From positions 1 to 28,672 of the forward strand of contig JBDLKA010000039.1 in NCBI GenBank assembly GCA_039714075.1: 28,672 bases of DNA, read 5' to 3'. The DNA is from Candidatus Krumholzibacteriota bacterium. GTDB lineage: Bacteria > Krumholzibacteriota > Krumholzibacteriia > LZORAL124-64-63. The position numbers were made by a program, and so were the translations under genes. Of the stretch, positions 1 to 10,100 are shown one piece after another; the stretch's first letter is position 1; each line of letters starts with the position of its first letter. The notes beneath the pieces were generated by a model. It made no database searches, was not told where the DNA came from, and saw only the letters and a list, made by a program, of their open reading frames with translations.

Positions 1-511
1 ACCCCATGGGGGCGGTTTTGCCGCTGGTGAACTTGCGTACTCCCGCATAGGCGGCGGGCTGGTACATCCCGTAACCGATGACCACGACAATGATGCCGGC
101 CATGGTCATCAGATGCAGCGGTGTCCACAGGCCCGTGGTCGGGAACACGAGGGGGGCGGCGGACCAGATCAGCCGGCCCAGCAGCAGGAACACGAAGGCG
201 CTCAACAGGGTGGTCCGGATCCCCTTCTTGTCGGCGATGCCGCCCAGAAAAAACATCGAAATGGTGATGCCCGCGGTCAGGACCAGGACCATGTGGTGGG
301 ACTCCACGTCGGCGTTGGGCACGCCCTGGAAAATGAAATCCGAGAAATGCATGGCCAGGTAGCCGAGCATGCCGAAATAAACCCATCCTTCGAGGAAATA
401 GGCCAGGTTGATGCCCCACAGGGCCCGCGGTGCGTGGGCCAGGTCTATGAAAGGCTGGATGATTTCCTGGAGGGGATTTTTCTGGTTATCCGGAGAGGGG
501 GCCTGGGCCAT
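1..511 (-). CDS. MFS transporter, N-terminal 170 codons (runs off the left edge); possibly POT/PTR-like
   Basis: Not in the ORF track because it has no stop in the window. Manual translation from ATG 511: MAQAPSPDNQKNPLQEIIQPFIDLAHAPRALWGINLAYFLEGWVYFGMLGYLAMHFSDFIF...FFLGGIADKKGIRTTLLSAFVFLLLGR...GYGMYQPAAYAGVRKFTSGKTAPMG. Several TM segments, MFS motif A-like GGIADKKGIR, and AAAGGT SD upstream. Substrate class is inference. Confidence 0.85.
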   Translation of the reverse strand, partial: MAQAPSPDNQKNPLQEIIQPFIDLAHAPRALWGINLAYFLEGWVYFGMLGYLAMHFSDFIFQGVPNADVESHHMVLVLTAGITISMFFLGGIADKKGIRTTLLSAFVFLLLGRLIWSAAPLVFPTTGLWTPLHLMTMAGIIVVVIGYGMYQPAAYAGVRKFTSGKTAPMG

Positions 512-552
512 TTTCGGACCTTTCGGTTGATTGGGGTCTGGGTGGGGCCGAC

Positions 553-607
553 AAATAAAGGGCCGCCGACGGTGGAATCAGTCGCCTGATCTGGCCCGCC
601 GGCCGCC
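553..607 (-). terminator. Candidate terminator/attenuator hairpin between ftcD and the MFS gene
   Basis: On the minus strand GCCGGCGG pairs with CCGUCGGC around an inner AUCAG-GCGA-CUGAU stem, followed by UUUAUUU. Confidence 0.4.
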
Positions 608-630
608 TGAAGAATTAACCATAATCGGCG

Positions 631-2352
631 TCAGGAATCCAGAACGGATTCCAGATTTCCCCGGATCCGTTTCCGGATTTCCGCGGACAGGTTCTCACAT
701 GTTTCCAGCGCCGCGGCGGCCTTCTTCCTGGTTGAAGCGATGAAGTCCGGCGCGGCGCTCTGGTCGAGTTCCCGCAGGGAATCCAGATTGATCAGGACGT
801 TGTAGTAGGCACCCTCGGCCCCGGCCATGGCCGCCAGCGCGGCCACCCCGGCGTCGCTGAGGCTGTTGGCGTTGCCGATCCGCCCCACCTCTCCCGAAAT
901 TTCCAGCAGGGCCGGGACCTTTTCCAGGACCGACAGGGGCACCCGGGTCGCCTGGCGGGTGGCCTCGGCGACGGCCAGGTCGCGGGCCTTGGCCTGCTCG
1001 GCGGTGGCCTTGGGCAGGCCGAAAGTGTCCATGACGGCATTGAAGGCGTCGGTGTCGTCATCGATGGCGGCCAGGAAGAAGTCCTTCAGTTCCTGGCCCT
1101 CTTCGGCGATTTCCTTGACCCTGTCCTGAACCGCGGCGTATTTCTTTTTGCCCACCGTCAGATTGCCCACCATGGCCGCCAGGCCCGCCGCCTGGGCGGC
1201 GCACAGGGCGGCCACCGATCCGCCGCCCGGAGCCGGGCTGTCGCTGGACAGCTCGTCCACGAATTCACGGTTGCTCATGCTCACCAGGGGACCGTCGGTC
1301 AGGCCGGCCTGGTATTCGATGATCTTGTCGGCGGGGTCGAACGGGGTCAGCTCCCGCAGGCCCATGCTCTGGATGGCCGTCTCGATGATCATCTTGCGGG
1401 GGATGCCGGCCGATTGCCCGGCCTGCTTCAGGTAGTGCTTGCCGGCGGCGATCATGTCGCCTTCGGGAATCAATCCCACCAACTCGCTGCCGGTGACCCG
1501 CACCATGCGGTCACGGGCCGAATTGCAGCAGGCGTCGAAGGCCTGGTGCGGCTTGGTGACCGCGGTGTTGACCAGGTTCATGGAGACCTGGGCCCGCTGG
1601 TACTCGGGAATGACCCAGCCGACCGCCTTGCAGGCTTCCAGACGGTAGGGGCCGGGAACCAGGATATTTTTCCCCTTGTCGTCCTTGACCAGCTTCCCCT
1701 TGGCGTCGCGCTGGGCCCGGCCGGCCTCCTTGATGTCCAGGGCGATGTTCTGGGCGATGCTCTTGCTCATCGAGTTGATGTTGACGTTGTAGGCCACCAG
1801 GAAACCCCGGGCCGATACGTTGGTGGCTCCGGTCCGCGCGGCCCGGTCGTTCCAGGCGTTGGGCCCGAAATCCGGCTGCCATTCTTCGGTGCCCAGCTTG
1901 TTGCAAAGGGCCTCGTATTCCCCCTTGCGGACATTGGCCAGGTTGGTGCGGAATTCACTGGCGGCGGCTTCCTCGTACAGGTAGACCGGGATCTCCAGTT
2001 CCTCGCCGATGCGGCGCCCGACGCTCTGTGCGATCGCCACGCATTCCTCCATGGTCACGCCGCGGACCGGAACGAAGGGACAGACATCGGTGGCGCCGTG
2101 GCGGGGGTGGGCCCCGGTGTGCCGGCTCATGTCGATGAGTTCGGCGGCCCGCTTGACCACCCGGAAGGCGGCTTCGGCAACACCCGCGGGGTCACCGATG
2201 AAGGTGATCACGGTGCGGTTGGTGTCGGCGCCGGGGTCCACGTCCAGCAGGTGCACGCCGTCGACTTCACCGATGACCGCGGTCACGGCATCGATGACGC
2301 TTTGGTCCCGTCCCTCGCTGATATTGGGAACGCACTCGACGAGCTTCTTCAT
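631..2352 (-). CDS. ftcD: Bifunctional glutamate formiminotransferase / formimidoyl-THF cyclodeaminase (573 aa)
   Basis: Starts MKKLVECVPNISEGRD; contains DTNRTV, H-x-G-x-HPR-x-GATDVCPFVP and GSELVGL (formiminotransferase), then SDSPAPGGGSVAAL, DDDTDAF and GNANSLSDAGVA (cyclodeaminase). Start moved from 2451 to ATG 2352, which has a GAGGT SD. Confidence 0.95.
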   Translation of the reverse strand: MKKLVECVPNISEGRDQSVIDAVTAVIGEVDGVHLLDVDPGADTNRTVITFIGDPAGVAEAAFRVVKRAAELIDMSRHTGAHPRHGATDVCPFVPVRGVTMEECVAIAQSVGRRIGEELEIPVYLYEEAAASEFRTNLANVRKGEYEALCNKLGTEEWQPDFGPNAWNDRAARTGATNVSARGFLVAYNVNINSMSKSIAQNIALDIKEAGRAQRDAKGKLVKDDKGKNILVPGPYRLEACKAVGWVIPEYQRAQVSMNLVNTAVTKPHQAFDACCNSARDRMVRVTGSELVGLIPEGDMIAAGKHYLKQAGQSAGIPRKMIIETAIQSMGLRELTPFDPADKIIEYQAGLTDGPLVSMSNREFVDELSSDSPAPGGGSVAALCAAQAAGLAAMVGNLTVGKKKYAAVQDRVKEIAEEGQELKDFFLAAIDDDTDAFNAVMDTFGLPKATAEQAKARDLAVAEATRQATRVPLSVLEKVPALLEISGEVGRIGNANSLSDAGVAALAAMAGAEGAYYNVLINLDSLRELDQSAAPDFIASTRKKAAAALETCENLSAEIRKRIRGNLESVLDS

Positions 2353-2522
2353 GGCAATGACCTCGTGATTCGGGCGGATGGTAAAGATTGAGCCTCCTGA
2401 AAATAGCCCGGCGCTGCCGGGATATCCAGCTTTCAGCGATCGGGCCGGCATTTGAATCCACGGGGCATGTTTGGCAAGGCATGCAACCTTGCGGCCCCGG
2501 ATGCGTCTTCAATCCTGGATGC

Positions 2523-2562
2523 CATGCTGGAACAAGCTGGAACATGCTGGATCATGCTGGAA
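2523..2562. repeat. Tandem 10-bp direct repeat, 4 copies of CATGCTGGAA
   Basis: catgctggaa / caagctggaa / catgctggat / catgctggaa at 2523, 2533, 2543 and 2553. Confidence 0.9.
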
Positions 2563-2627
2563 CCTGGTACCCCGCATGCCGCATCATCAATTCGACTGCC
2601 AAATGAAACCTGCTCGGGGAGCCAACC

Positions 2628-3848
2628 ATGAATATGCCCGGAAAAAAATCAATTCTGATCCTGGTGGCGGTTGTCGTCGTGGCCGGGGGCGGGGTCGCCC
2701 TCTGGCAGGGTGGGTTGCTTCCCTTCGTGCCGGACCGGAATATCGCCGTGGCCGCCGCGGATACGACCGGGACCGCGGCCGGGGATGACACGAATGCCGA
2801 CCCTGACGGGAAACCCGAAGAAAAACCCGTGCCGGTGGAATTGGCCCGCGTCGAGGGCCGGGGGATATCTTCCTACTACCGGGCGGCTTCGGTCATCGAG
2901 GCCGACCGTCTGGTGGAACTCGTGTCCCGCACCCGCGGCCGGGTTCATCTGGTCAACGTGGAAGAGGGCGACTGGGTGGAAGAGGGCCAGATCCTGGCGG
3001 AACTGGAAAATGACCGGGAAGGCATCCAGCTGCGCAAGGCGGAACTGACCCTGGCGGACAAGAAGCGCCAGCTGGACCGCAGCCGGGAAATGCTGGACGA
3101 AGAGATCATCAGCCAACAGGAATTCGACGACATGGAATCGGCTTGGCAGATGGCCCGGGCGGAACGCGATCTGGCCGGGATCAATCTCGAGGACACGCGC
3201 CTGCGGGCCTCCTTCTCCGGCCGGGTCACCGACAGGATGATCGTGCCCGGACAGCAGTTGGCCGCCGGCGCGCCGGGCTTTGCCATCGGTGACTTCAGTC
3301 CCCTGCGGGTGCGCGTGCATCTGCCCGAAGCGGTGGCCCGCAAGGTCTCCGCCGGTCAAAGGGTCCTGGTTTCCCCCGAGGCCGTCGCCGAACCCATCGA
3401 AGCGACGGTGGAACGGGTGTCGCCCGTGGTGGACCCCGCGACCAGCACCATCCGCCTGACCCTGCTGCTGGAAGGTGCCGCCGAGGACATGCGGGTGGGC
3501 GGTTTCGTGAAAGTGCGCATCACCACCGACCAGCACCACGACGCCCTGGCGATTCCCAAGACGGCCCTGGTCGAGGACGGCGCCCTGCGCAGCGTCTTCG
3601 TGGCCGAGGCGGATACCGTCCGCAAGGTGGAGATCGAAACCGGATTGTATGACGAAAGCCACGTGGAAATCCTGGAGGGCCTGTTCGAAGGGGACTTCGT
3701 GGTGACCATGGGGCAGGGGGGACTTCACAACGGGTCCAGAATCGAGGCCCTGAACGGTGAAGGGGTCGGTTACAGCGAGAACCAGGACAGTGAGGCCGAT
3801 CCCGCGGCCCCGGAGGGTAACCTGACGGCCATGGCAAAGTCCGAGTAG
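2628..3848 (+). CDS. RND efflux periplasmic adaptor (membrane fusion protein)
   Basis: N-terminal TM anchor, lipoyl-like GRVHLVNVEEGDWVEEGQILAEL, helical hairpin, LRASFSGRV, ISP-like VSPVVDPATST, and LAIPKTALV; directly upstream of RND permeases. Confidence 0.93.
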   Translation: MNMPGKKSILILVAVVVVAGGGVALWQGGLLPFVPDRNIAVAAADTTGTAAGDDTNADPDGKPEEKPVPVELARVEGRGISSYYRAASVIEADRLVELVSRTRGRVHLVNVEEGDWVEEGQILAELENDREGIQLRKAELTLADKKRQLDRSREMLDEEIISQQEFDDMESAWQMARAERDLAGINLEDTRLRASFSGRVTDRMIVPGQQLAAGAPGFAIGDFSPLRVRVHLPEAVARKVSAGQRVLVSPEAVAEPIEATVERVSPVVDPATSTIRLTLLLEGAAEDMRVGGFVKVRITTDQHHDALAIPKTALVEDGALRSVFVAEADTVRKVEIETGLYDESHVEILEGLFEGDFVVTMGQGGLHNGSRIEALNGEGVGYSENQDSEADPAAPEGNLTAMAKSE

Positions 3849-3852
3849 CCCG

Positions 3853-6800
3853 ATGAAAGCCATCCGCTACGCGGTGACCCATCCTGTAACAGTCTGGATG
3901 ATGACCCTGGCCGCCGTGGTGTTCGGCATGACCGCCCTGGGCCGTCTGGACATGCGGCTTCTGCCCGAGATCCGCTATCCCAGCCTGACCGTGCAGACCG
4001 AGTTTCCCGGCACCGCGCCCGTGGACGTGGAAAACCTGGTGACGCGGCCCCTCGAGGAATCAGTCGGCGTGGTTCCGGGGTTGCGCCGGGTGCATTCCAT
4101 CAGCCAGGCCGGGCTGTCCCAGATCACCCTGGAATTCAACTGGGGCACGCCCATGGATTACGCGGCCCTGGATGTACGGGAAAAGATTGATCTGGTGCGC
4201 CTGCCGGCCGAAACCACCGTCCCGTTGCTGTTGAAGTACGATCCGGCCCAGGATCCCGTGGTCAGGATCGGCCTGGCGGGCAGCGCCTCGCTGGTCCAGT
4301 TGCGCAACGTGGCGGACGATGTCCTGAAAAAGGAGATCGAAGCCCTGACCGGGGTGGCCGCCGCCCGGGTCTCCGGCGGCCTGGAGGAGGAGATCCGGGT
4401 CGAGGTCGATGAATCCCGCCTGGCCGGCCTCGGCATTCCCATCGGCCTGGTCACCGAAACCCTGCGGCAGGAGAACATCAACGCCTCGGGCGGTTCCCTG
4501 CGGGACCGCAACGCCGAATACATCGTGCGCACCCTGAGTCGGTTCGAAGACCTGGCCGACATCGAAAACGTGACCATCACCGTCATCGACGGCACGCCGG
4601 TCAAGCTGGGCGATGTGGCCGAGGTCGTCCGCACCCACAAGGACCGCACCACGGTCACCCACGTGGACGGGCGCGAGAGCGTGGAAATCGCCGTCTACAA
4701 GGAGGGCGACGCGAACATCGTGGAGATGGCCCGTTCGGTGCGGGGCCATCTGGAACGATTGCGGGACCACCTGCCGGAAAACATGAGCCTGGAGATTTTG
4801 TTCGACCAGTCCGTGTTCATCGCCCAGGCCGTCAGCGAGGTGCGGAACAACGCCATGATCGGCGGGGTCCTGGCCATCCTGGTCCTGTTCGTTTTTCTGC
4901 GGGATTTCCGCAGCACCATCATCATCGGCATCGCCATTCCCATTTCCATCGTGGCGACCTTCATCCTCATGCTGACACGGGGCGTTTCCCTGAACATCAT
5001 GTCCCTCGGCGGTCTGGCCCTGGGCGTGGGTATGCTGGTGGACAATTCCATTGTGGTTCTGGAGGCCATCCACCGCCGGAGGGAAGAGGCTCCGCCGGGC
5101 GCCGACCCGGCCGATGTCGCCGCCCGGGGCGCGGGCGAGGTCGCCGGCGCGGTGACGGCGTCGACGCTGACCACGCTGGCCGTCTTTGTCCCGATCGTGT
5201 TCGTGGTCGTGGGCGTGGCGGGACAGATTTTCCGCGACCAGGCCTTGACCGTGACCTTCTCCCTGCTGGTGTCCCTGTTCGTGGCCCTGACCTTCACGCC
5301 GATGGCCGCCGCCTTCGGCCAGGGCAAGGATGCCTCCGGCGGCCATTCTTCCCCGAGCTCCGCGCCGGGGCGAACAAGCTGGTATGTTTCCTGGTCCCGG
5401 CATGCGGGCACCGGCCGCCGAGTGGGGCGGTGGCTGCGCCTGGCGGGGCTCTTCCTGACCATCGGGATCCCCTTGCTGGTGCTGCGGCTGGCCCAGCTTC
5501 TGTTGGCCGGCCTGCGCCACGTGGCCGGGGCGATCATGTGGCCGTTGACCTGGGCCTTTGCCAAGGTTTTCCCTGCCGTGCAGACGGGCTATGTCCGGAT
5601 TCTGGCCGCCGCCCTGGGGAACCGGTTGCTGGTCCTGTTCCTGGTCGTGATTCTGGCCGGCGGCGCCTGGTTGCTGTGGCCCCGCCTGGGATCGGAACTG
5701 GTTCCGCCCCTGGCGCGCGGCGAGTTCACCCTGGCCCTGGAAATGCCTGAAGGTACACCTCTGGGAAAGAACGAAGCGGTCATCCGAAACCTGGAAAAGG
5801 ATCTGACGGAGCTTCCGGGCATCGACATGGTGGCCGGCGAAGTGGGTGTCTCGCGGGACGGCCAGTCATCGGCCCAGAGAAGGAAGGAAAACCGGTCCGA
5901 GGTCCAGGTGCGATTGACCGAAGCGACCGCCGTGGCCGAAGACGCGGCCCTGGAAAGGATCCGCGGGGTCCTGCTGAAATATCCGGACCTGCGGATGAAG
6001 CTGCGGCGCCAGTCGCTGCTGGCCTTCGGCGCCCCGGTGGCCGTCAATATCTACGGTTACAATCTCGACGACCTGCAGCGCATCGCGGACGAGGTGGGAA
6101 CCCGGCTGGCGCAGGTCCAGGGTCTGCGCGACATCCGCCTGAGCATGGTGCCGGGATCACCGGAAGTGCAGGTGTCCTTCGACCGGGACAAGCTGAACCG
6201 GTTCGGCCTGCGCCTGGGCGATGTCTCGGAAACGGTGCGGGGCAAGGTGCGCGGCACCGTTGCCAGCCGCTTCCGTGACCGGGAGCGGCATGTCGACATC
6301 CGGGTCCTGAACACCGGCTCCCAGCGCAACACCCTGACCGCGGTCAAGGACCTGATCATCACCGAGACCGACGGCGTTCCCATCACCCTGGGCAGTATCG
6401 CCGACATGGAAGTCGTGACCGGACCGGCGGAAATCCACCGGCTGGGCAACAAGCGCGTGGCCATCGTTTCGGCGAACCTCTCGGGCCGCGATCTGGGTTC
6501 GGTGACCCGGGACATTCGCACGGTCCTGGCGGACCTGAGCCTGCCCGCCGGAGTGGCGGTGGAAATGGGCGGGCAGAACGACGAGATGGACAGCTCTTTC
6601 CGGTCCCTGCGCCTGGCCATCCTTCTGGCCGTGTTCCTGGTGTATCTGGTCATGGCCGCCCAGTTCGAATCCTTCGTCTATCCCCTGATCATCATGTTCA
6701 CCGTGCCCCTGGCCATGAGCGGGGCGGTGTACGGGCTGTTCCTGCGCGGCATGAGCGTCAGCGTGATCGCGGTCATCGGGGCCATCATGCTGGCGGGCAT

Positions 6801-7122
6801 CGTGGTCAACAACGGCATCGTCCTGGTGGACCGCATCAACCAGCTGCGGCAGGCGGGCCGCGGGTTGGGCGACGCGGTCCTGGGGGCAGGGTCCGAGAGA
6901 CTGCGGCCCATCCTGATGACGACCGCGACCACGGTCCTGGGCCTGTTTCCCATGGCCATGGGTCTGGGCGAGGGCGCCGAGCTGCGTGCGCCCTTGGCCG
7001 TGACCGTCATCAGCGGCCTGCTGCTGGCCAGCCTTCTGACCCTGGTGGTCGTGCCGGTGATCTACACCTTGATGTCGGGGCGGGGGCCGGTTCTGACCGG
7101 GCCCGAATCAGGGGAAAGCTGA
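3853..7122 (+). CDS. RND efflux permease subunit 1 (AcrB/AcrD/AcrF family)
   Basis: 1089 aa; LLPEIRYP, TM4 GMLVDNSIVVLE, AAQFES, GIVVNNGIVLVD, RLRPILMTT. Confidence 0.95.
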   Translation: MKAIRYAVTHPVTVWMMTLAAVVFGMTALGRLDMRLLPEIRYPSLTVQTEFPGTAPVDVENLVTRPLEESVGVVPGLRRVHSISQAGLSQITLEFNWGTPMDYAALDVREKIDLVRLPAETTVPLLLKYDPAQDPVVRIGLAGSASLVQLRNVADDVLKKEIEALTGVAAARVSGGLEEEIRVEVDESRLAGLGIPIGLVTETLRQENINASGGSLRDRNAEYIVRTLSRFEDLADIENVTITVIDGTPVKLGDVAEVVRTHKDRTTVTHVDGRESVEIAVYKEGDANIVEMARSVRGHLERLRDHLPENMSLEILFDQSVFIAQAVSEVRNNAMIGGVLAILVLFVFLRDFRSTIIIGIAIPISIVATFILMLTRGVSLNIMSLGGLALGVGMLVDNSIVVLEAIHRRREEAPPGADPADVAARGAGEVAGAVTASTLTTLAVFVPIVFVVVGVAGQIFRDQALTVTFSLLVSLFVALTFTPMAAAFGQGKDASGGHSSPSSAPGRTSWYVSWSRHAGTGRRVGRWLRLAGLFLTIGIPLLVLRLAQLLLAGLRHVAGAIMWPLTWAFAKVFPAVQTGYVRILAAALGNRLLVLFLVVILAGGAWLLWPRLGSELVPPLARGEFTLALEMPEGTPLGKNEAVIRNLEKDLTELPGIDMVAGEVGVSRDGQSSAQRRKENRSEVQVRLTEATAVAEDAALERIRGVLLKYPDLRMKLRRQSLLAFGAPVAVNIYGYNLDDLQRIADEVGTRLAQVQGLRDIRLSMVPGSPEVQVSFDRDKLNRFGLRLGDVSETVRGKVRGTVASRFRDRERHVDIRVLNTGSQRNTLTAVKDLIITETDGVPITLGSIADMEVVTGPAEIHRLGNKRVAIVSANLSGRDLGSVTRDIRTVLADLSLPAGVAVEMGGQNDEMDSSFRSLRLAILLAVFLVYLVMAAQFESFVYPLIIMFTVPLAMSGAVYGLFLRGMSVSVIAVIGAIMLAGIVVNNGIVLVDRINQLRQAGRGLGDAVLGAGSERLRPILMTTATTVLGLFPMAMGLGEGAELRAPLAVTVISGLLLASLLTLVVVPVIYTLMSGRGPVLTGPESGES

Positions 7123-7123
7123 T

Positions 7124-10100
7124 ATGTGGCTGACGTTTCTTTCCCTGCGGCGCCCCGTCACCCTGGCCATGGCCCTGGCCACGGTGGTCCTGCTGGGCGC
7201 GGTGTCCATCTTCAAGGTGCCCCTCGATTTTCTGCCCCGGGTCGAGTTCCCCTTCATCGCGGTGTGGATCCCCTACCAGGGCGGCATTCCCGCAGAGAAC
7301 GAGCGCGAGATCGTGCGGCCCATCGAAGAGGTCCTGGCCACGCTCGGCGGTGTGCAGCAGATCTTCAGCTACAGCGACGCCAACGATGTCCAGGTGGGCG
7401 TGACGTTCGAATGGGGCCGGGACGTCAACCTGCTGCGGATGGAGGTCAAGGAGAAGATCGACCAGATCAGGGGAGAACTCCCGGGGGACATCCCGCAGAT
7501 TTTCCTGCTGACCTTCAATACCAACGACATCCCCATCCTGGAAGGGCGGATTTCCGCCAAGGGCCGGGACCTTTCCGAAAGCTGGGACCTGATCGACCAG
7601 AAGATCATCGGCCCTTTGCAGCGGATCCCGGGGGTGGGGCGCGTCAACATCGACGGGGTGCTGCCGACGCAGGCGTCGGTGTACCTGCGGTTCGACAAGA
7701 TCATGGAACACAACGTGGACGTGAACCGCCTGTTCGGGGAGTTGGAGGCGGCCAACGTGGAACTGACCGTCGGCCGGGTGACCGACCGGGGATTGCGTTA
7801 CGATCTGCGCACCGTCAGCGGCCTGCGGGGCGTGGAGGACCTGCGCGAACTTCCCATCGACAGCCGGGGGCTGCGGCTCGGGGATGTGGCCGAGGTCATC
7901 TACGGGGCGCCCGCCTTGAGTTACGGCCGGGTGCTGAACCGGGAGCCGGCCATCGCTTTCTGGATCCAGAAAGCTTCCGGCTACAACACCGTGGAGGTCT
8001 GCCGGGCCATCGAGGCCGAGCTCGAACGGATCAACGCCGACCCGACCCTGCAGGGCATCAACAGCTTTTCCTTCTTCAACCAGGCCGACCAGATCACCGA
8101 TTCCCTGCGCAGTCTGCTTCAGGGCGGTCTCTTCGGGTCGATCCTGGCCGTGGCGATCCTCTACGTGTTCCTGCGCCGTTTGAGCATGACCCTGGTGGTG
8201 TCCATCGCCATCCCCATGTCCATTCTGGGGACCTGTATCTTCCTCTTCCTTTCCGGCCGCAGCCTGAATGTCCTGACGATGATGGGACTGATGCTGGGAG
8301 TGGGCATGCTCGTGGACAACGCCGTGGTGGTGCTGGAGTCCATCCATCGGCAGCAGCATGCCGGGGCGAAGAGCCTGTCCGCGGCGGTGCGCGGTACGAA
8401 GGAGGTCGGCAGGGCCATTGTCGCGTCAACCCTGACGACGATCATCGTGTTCGCCCCTATCGTGGTGAGCAAGGATGATGAAATGGGTGTCTGGCTGGGC
8501 GAAGTGGGGGTGACCATCAGTGTGACCCTGCTCCTCTCCCTGCTGGTGAGCCTGACGGTGATCCCCGCTCTCTCGGTCAAGATGACCCGGGGTGGAAAGC
8601 AGGACGCCGACGCCCGCTGGCTGGTCTGGCTGAAGCGGCGCTACCTGAAGGCCCTGGACTGGACCGCGCTGCGCCATCCGGTTCTAACCGCGCTGGTGAT
8701 CGTGCCGGCGGTCCTGGCCGTCACCGTGGGCGCCATGCAGTTGACCAACTTCAAGCCCGACACCATGGGGGACCAGGGCATGCGGCGCGAGAGCCTGTAC
8801 ATCTCTTTCGAGTATACCGGCCCGGTGGACAAGTACACCTCCAAGGACATGGTGGCCGTCACCACCAGCTATCTGGAAGGGCGGCGCGAGGAACTGGACC
8901 TCAGGGACATCTATTCCTATTACATCGCCGACGGCGGCGGTGTGACCCTGTTCTTCAACGACGGCATCGTTTCCGACGAATTCTTCCACGAGGTCAGGGA
9001 GGATCTGCGCGAGAACCTACCCGTCCAGGCCGGGCTGAAATACAGCTTCGGCGGGGACGAGGGCCAGGACTCGGGGGCCAAGACCTTTGCCCTGACCATA
9101 TCGGGCGAGGAAACCGAGTTCCTGCAGGAGTTCGCCGCCGAAGCCAAGCGCCGGCTGGATCTCATCGAGGGCATCGGGGACCTGAAGAGCGACAGCGACA
9201 ACGGCAAGGCCGAGATCCAGGTCCGCGTCGATGCGGACCAGGCGGGCCGGTTCGGCATATCGCCGGCCACGGTATCGCAGATCATGGGCCTGACCTACCG
9301 GGGTGTCCAACTGCCCCGTCTGCAGACCGGCGACAAGGAGATCGACCTGGTCGTGTCGCTGCTGCCGGAGGACCGGGAATCCATCGAGAACCTGTCCCTG
9401 CTGACGGTGGGTTCGGTCGACGGCCGGCCCGTCCAGCTCAACCAGATCGCCGATTTCCAGTTCGGTAAAAGCCCGGAAAGGATTTTCCGGCGGGACCAGC
9501 GTTCCGGCGTGACGGTCACCGGGACCTGGGACGGGGACCAACTCGACGATGCGCTGGCCATCGTCCGGCAGATCATGGAGGGGATGGAACTGCCCTTCGG
9601 CTACAGCTGGAATTTCGGCAGCGAGATCATCCGGGCCCAACAGCAGCAGGGTGAAATGGGAACGAACATGCTGCTCGCGCTGGTCTGTGTCTTCTTCGTC
9701 ATGGCCAGCCTTTTCGAATCCCTTCTGTACCCAATGGTGGTCATGGGCACGGTGCCCTTCGCTTCGCTGGGCGTGTTCTGGCTGATGATGGCCACCGGCA
9801 CGCCCTTCAACATCATGGCCATGATCGGGATGGTGATCCTGATCGGAATCGTTGTGAACAACGGCATCGTCCTGGTGGATCACATCAACGGCAACCGTCG
9901 GGCCGGCCTGCCCCTGGACCAGGCCATAGTCCAGGGTTGCGGGGACCGTTTGCGGCCCATCCTGATGACCGCGGGCACGACCATCCTGGGTCTGCTGCCG
10001 CTGGCGGTCCTGCGCGGGGCCCACGTGGGTGACGCCGAATACTATCCCATGGCCCGGGCCATCAGCGGGGGCCTGGCGTCCAGCACGCTTCTGACTCTCC

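Noticed and set aside
512..630. THF, ZTP or glycine riboswitch near ftcD/MFS
   Set aside because: I could not match the conserved cores of these classes by eye; kept only as an unclassified structure.
2353..2451. N-terminal extension of ftcD given in the ORF track
   Set aside because: Family homology begins at MKKLVECVPN and an SD precedes ATG 2352.
2523..2562. Tandem repeat considered as a CRISPR array or iteron set
   Set aside because: Units are 10 bp with no spacers, and there is no cas or rep gene nearby.
2586..2602. sigma54-like TTGGCAGTCGAATTGAT on the minus strand toward ftcD
   Set aside because: The -24 box fits but the -12 reads TTGA instead of TTGC. The plus-strand AGGCATG-N5-TTGC at 2477-2492 has the wrong spacing.
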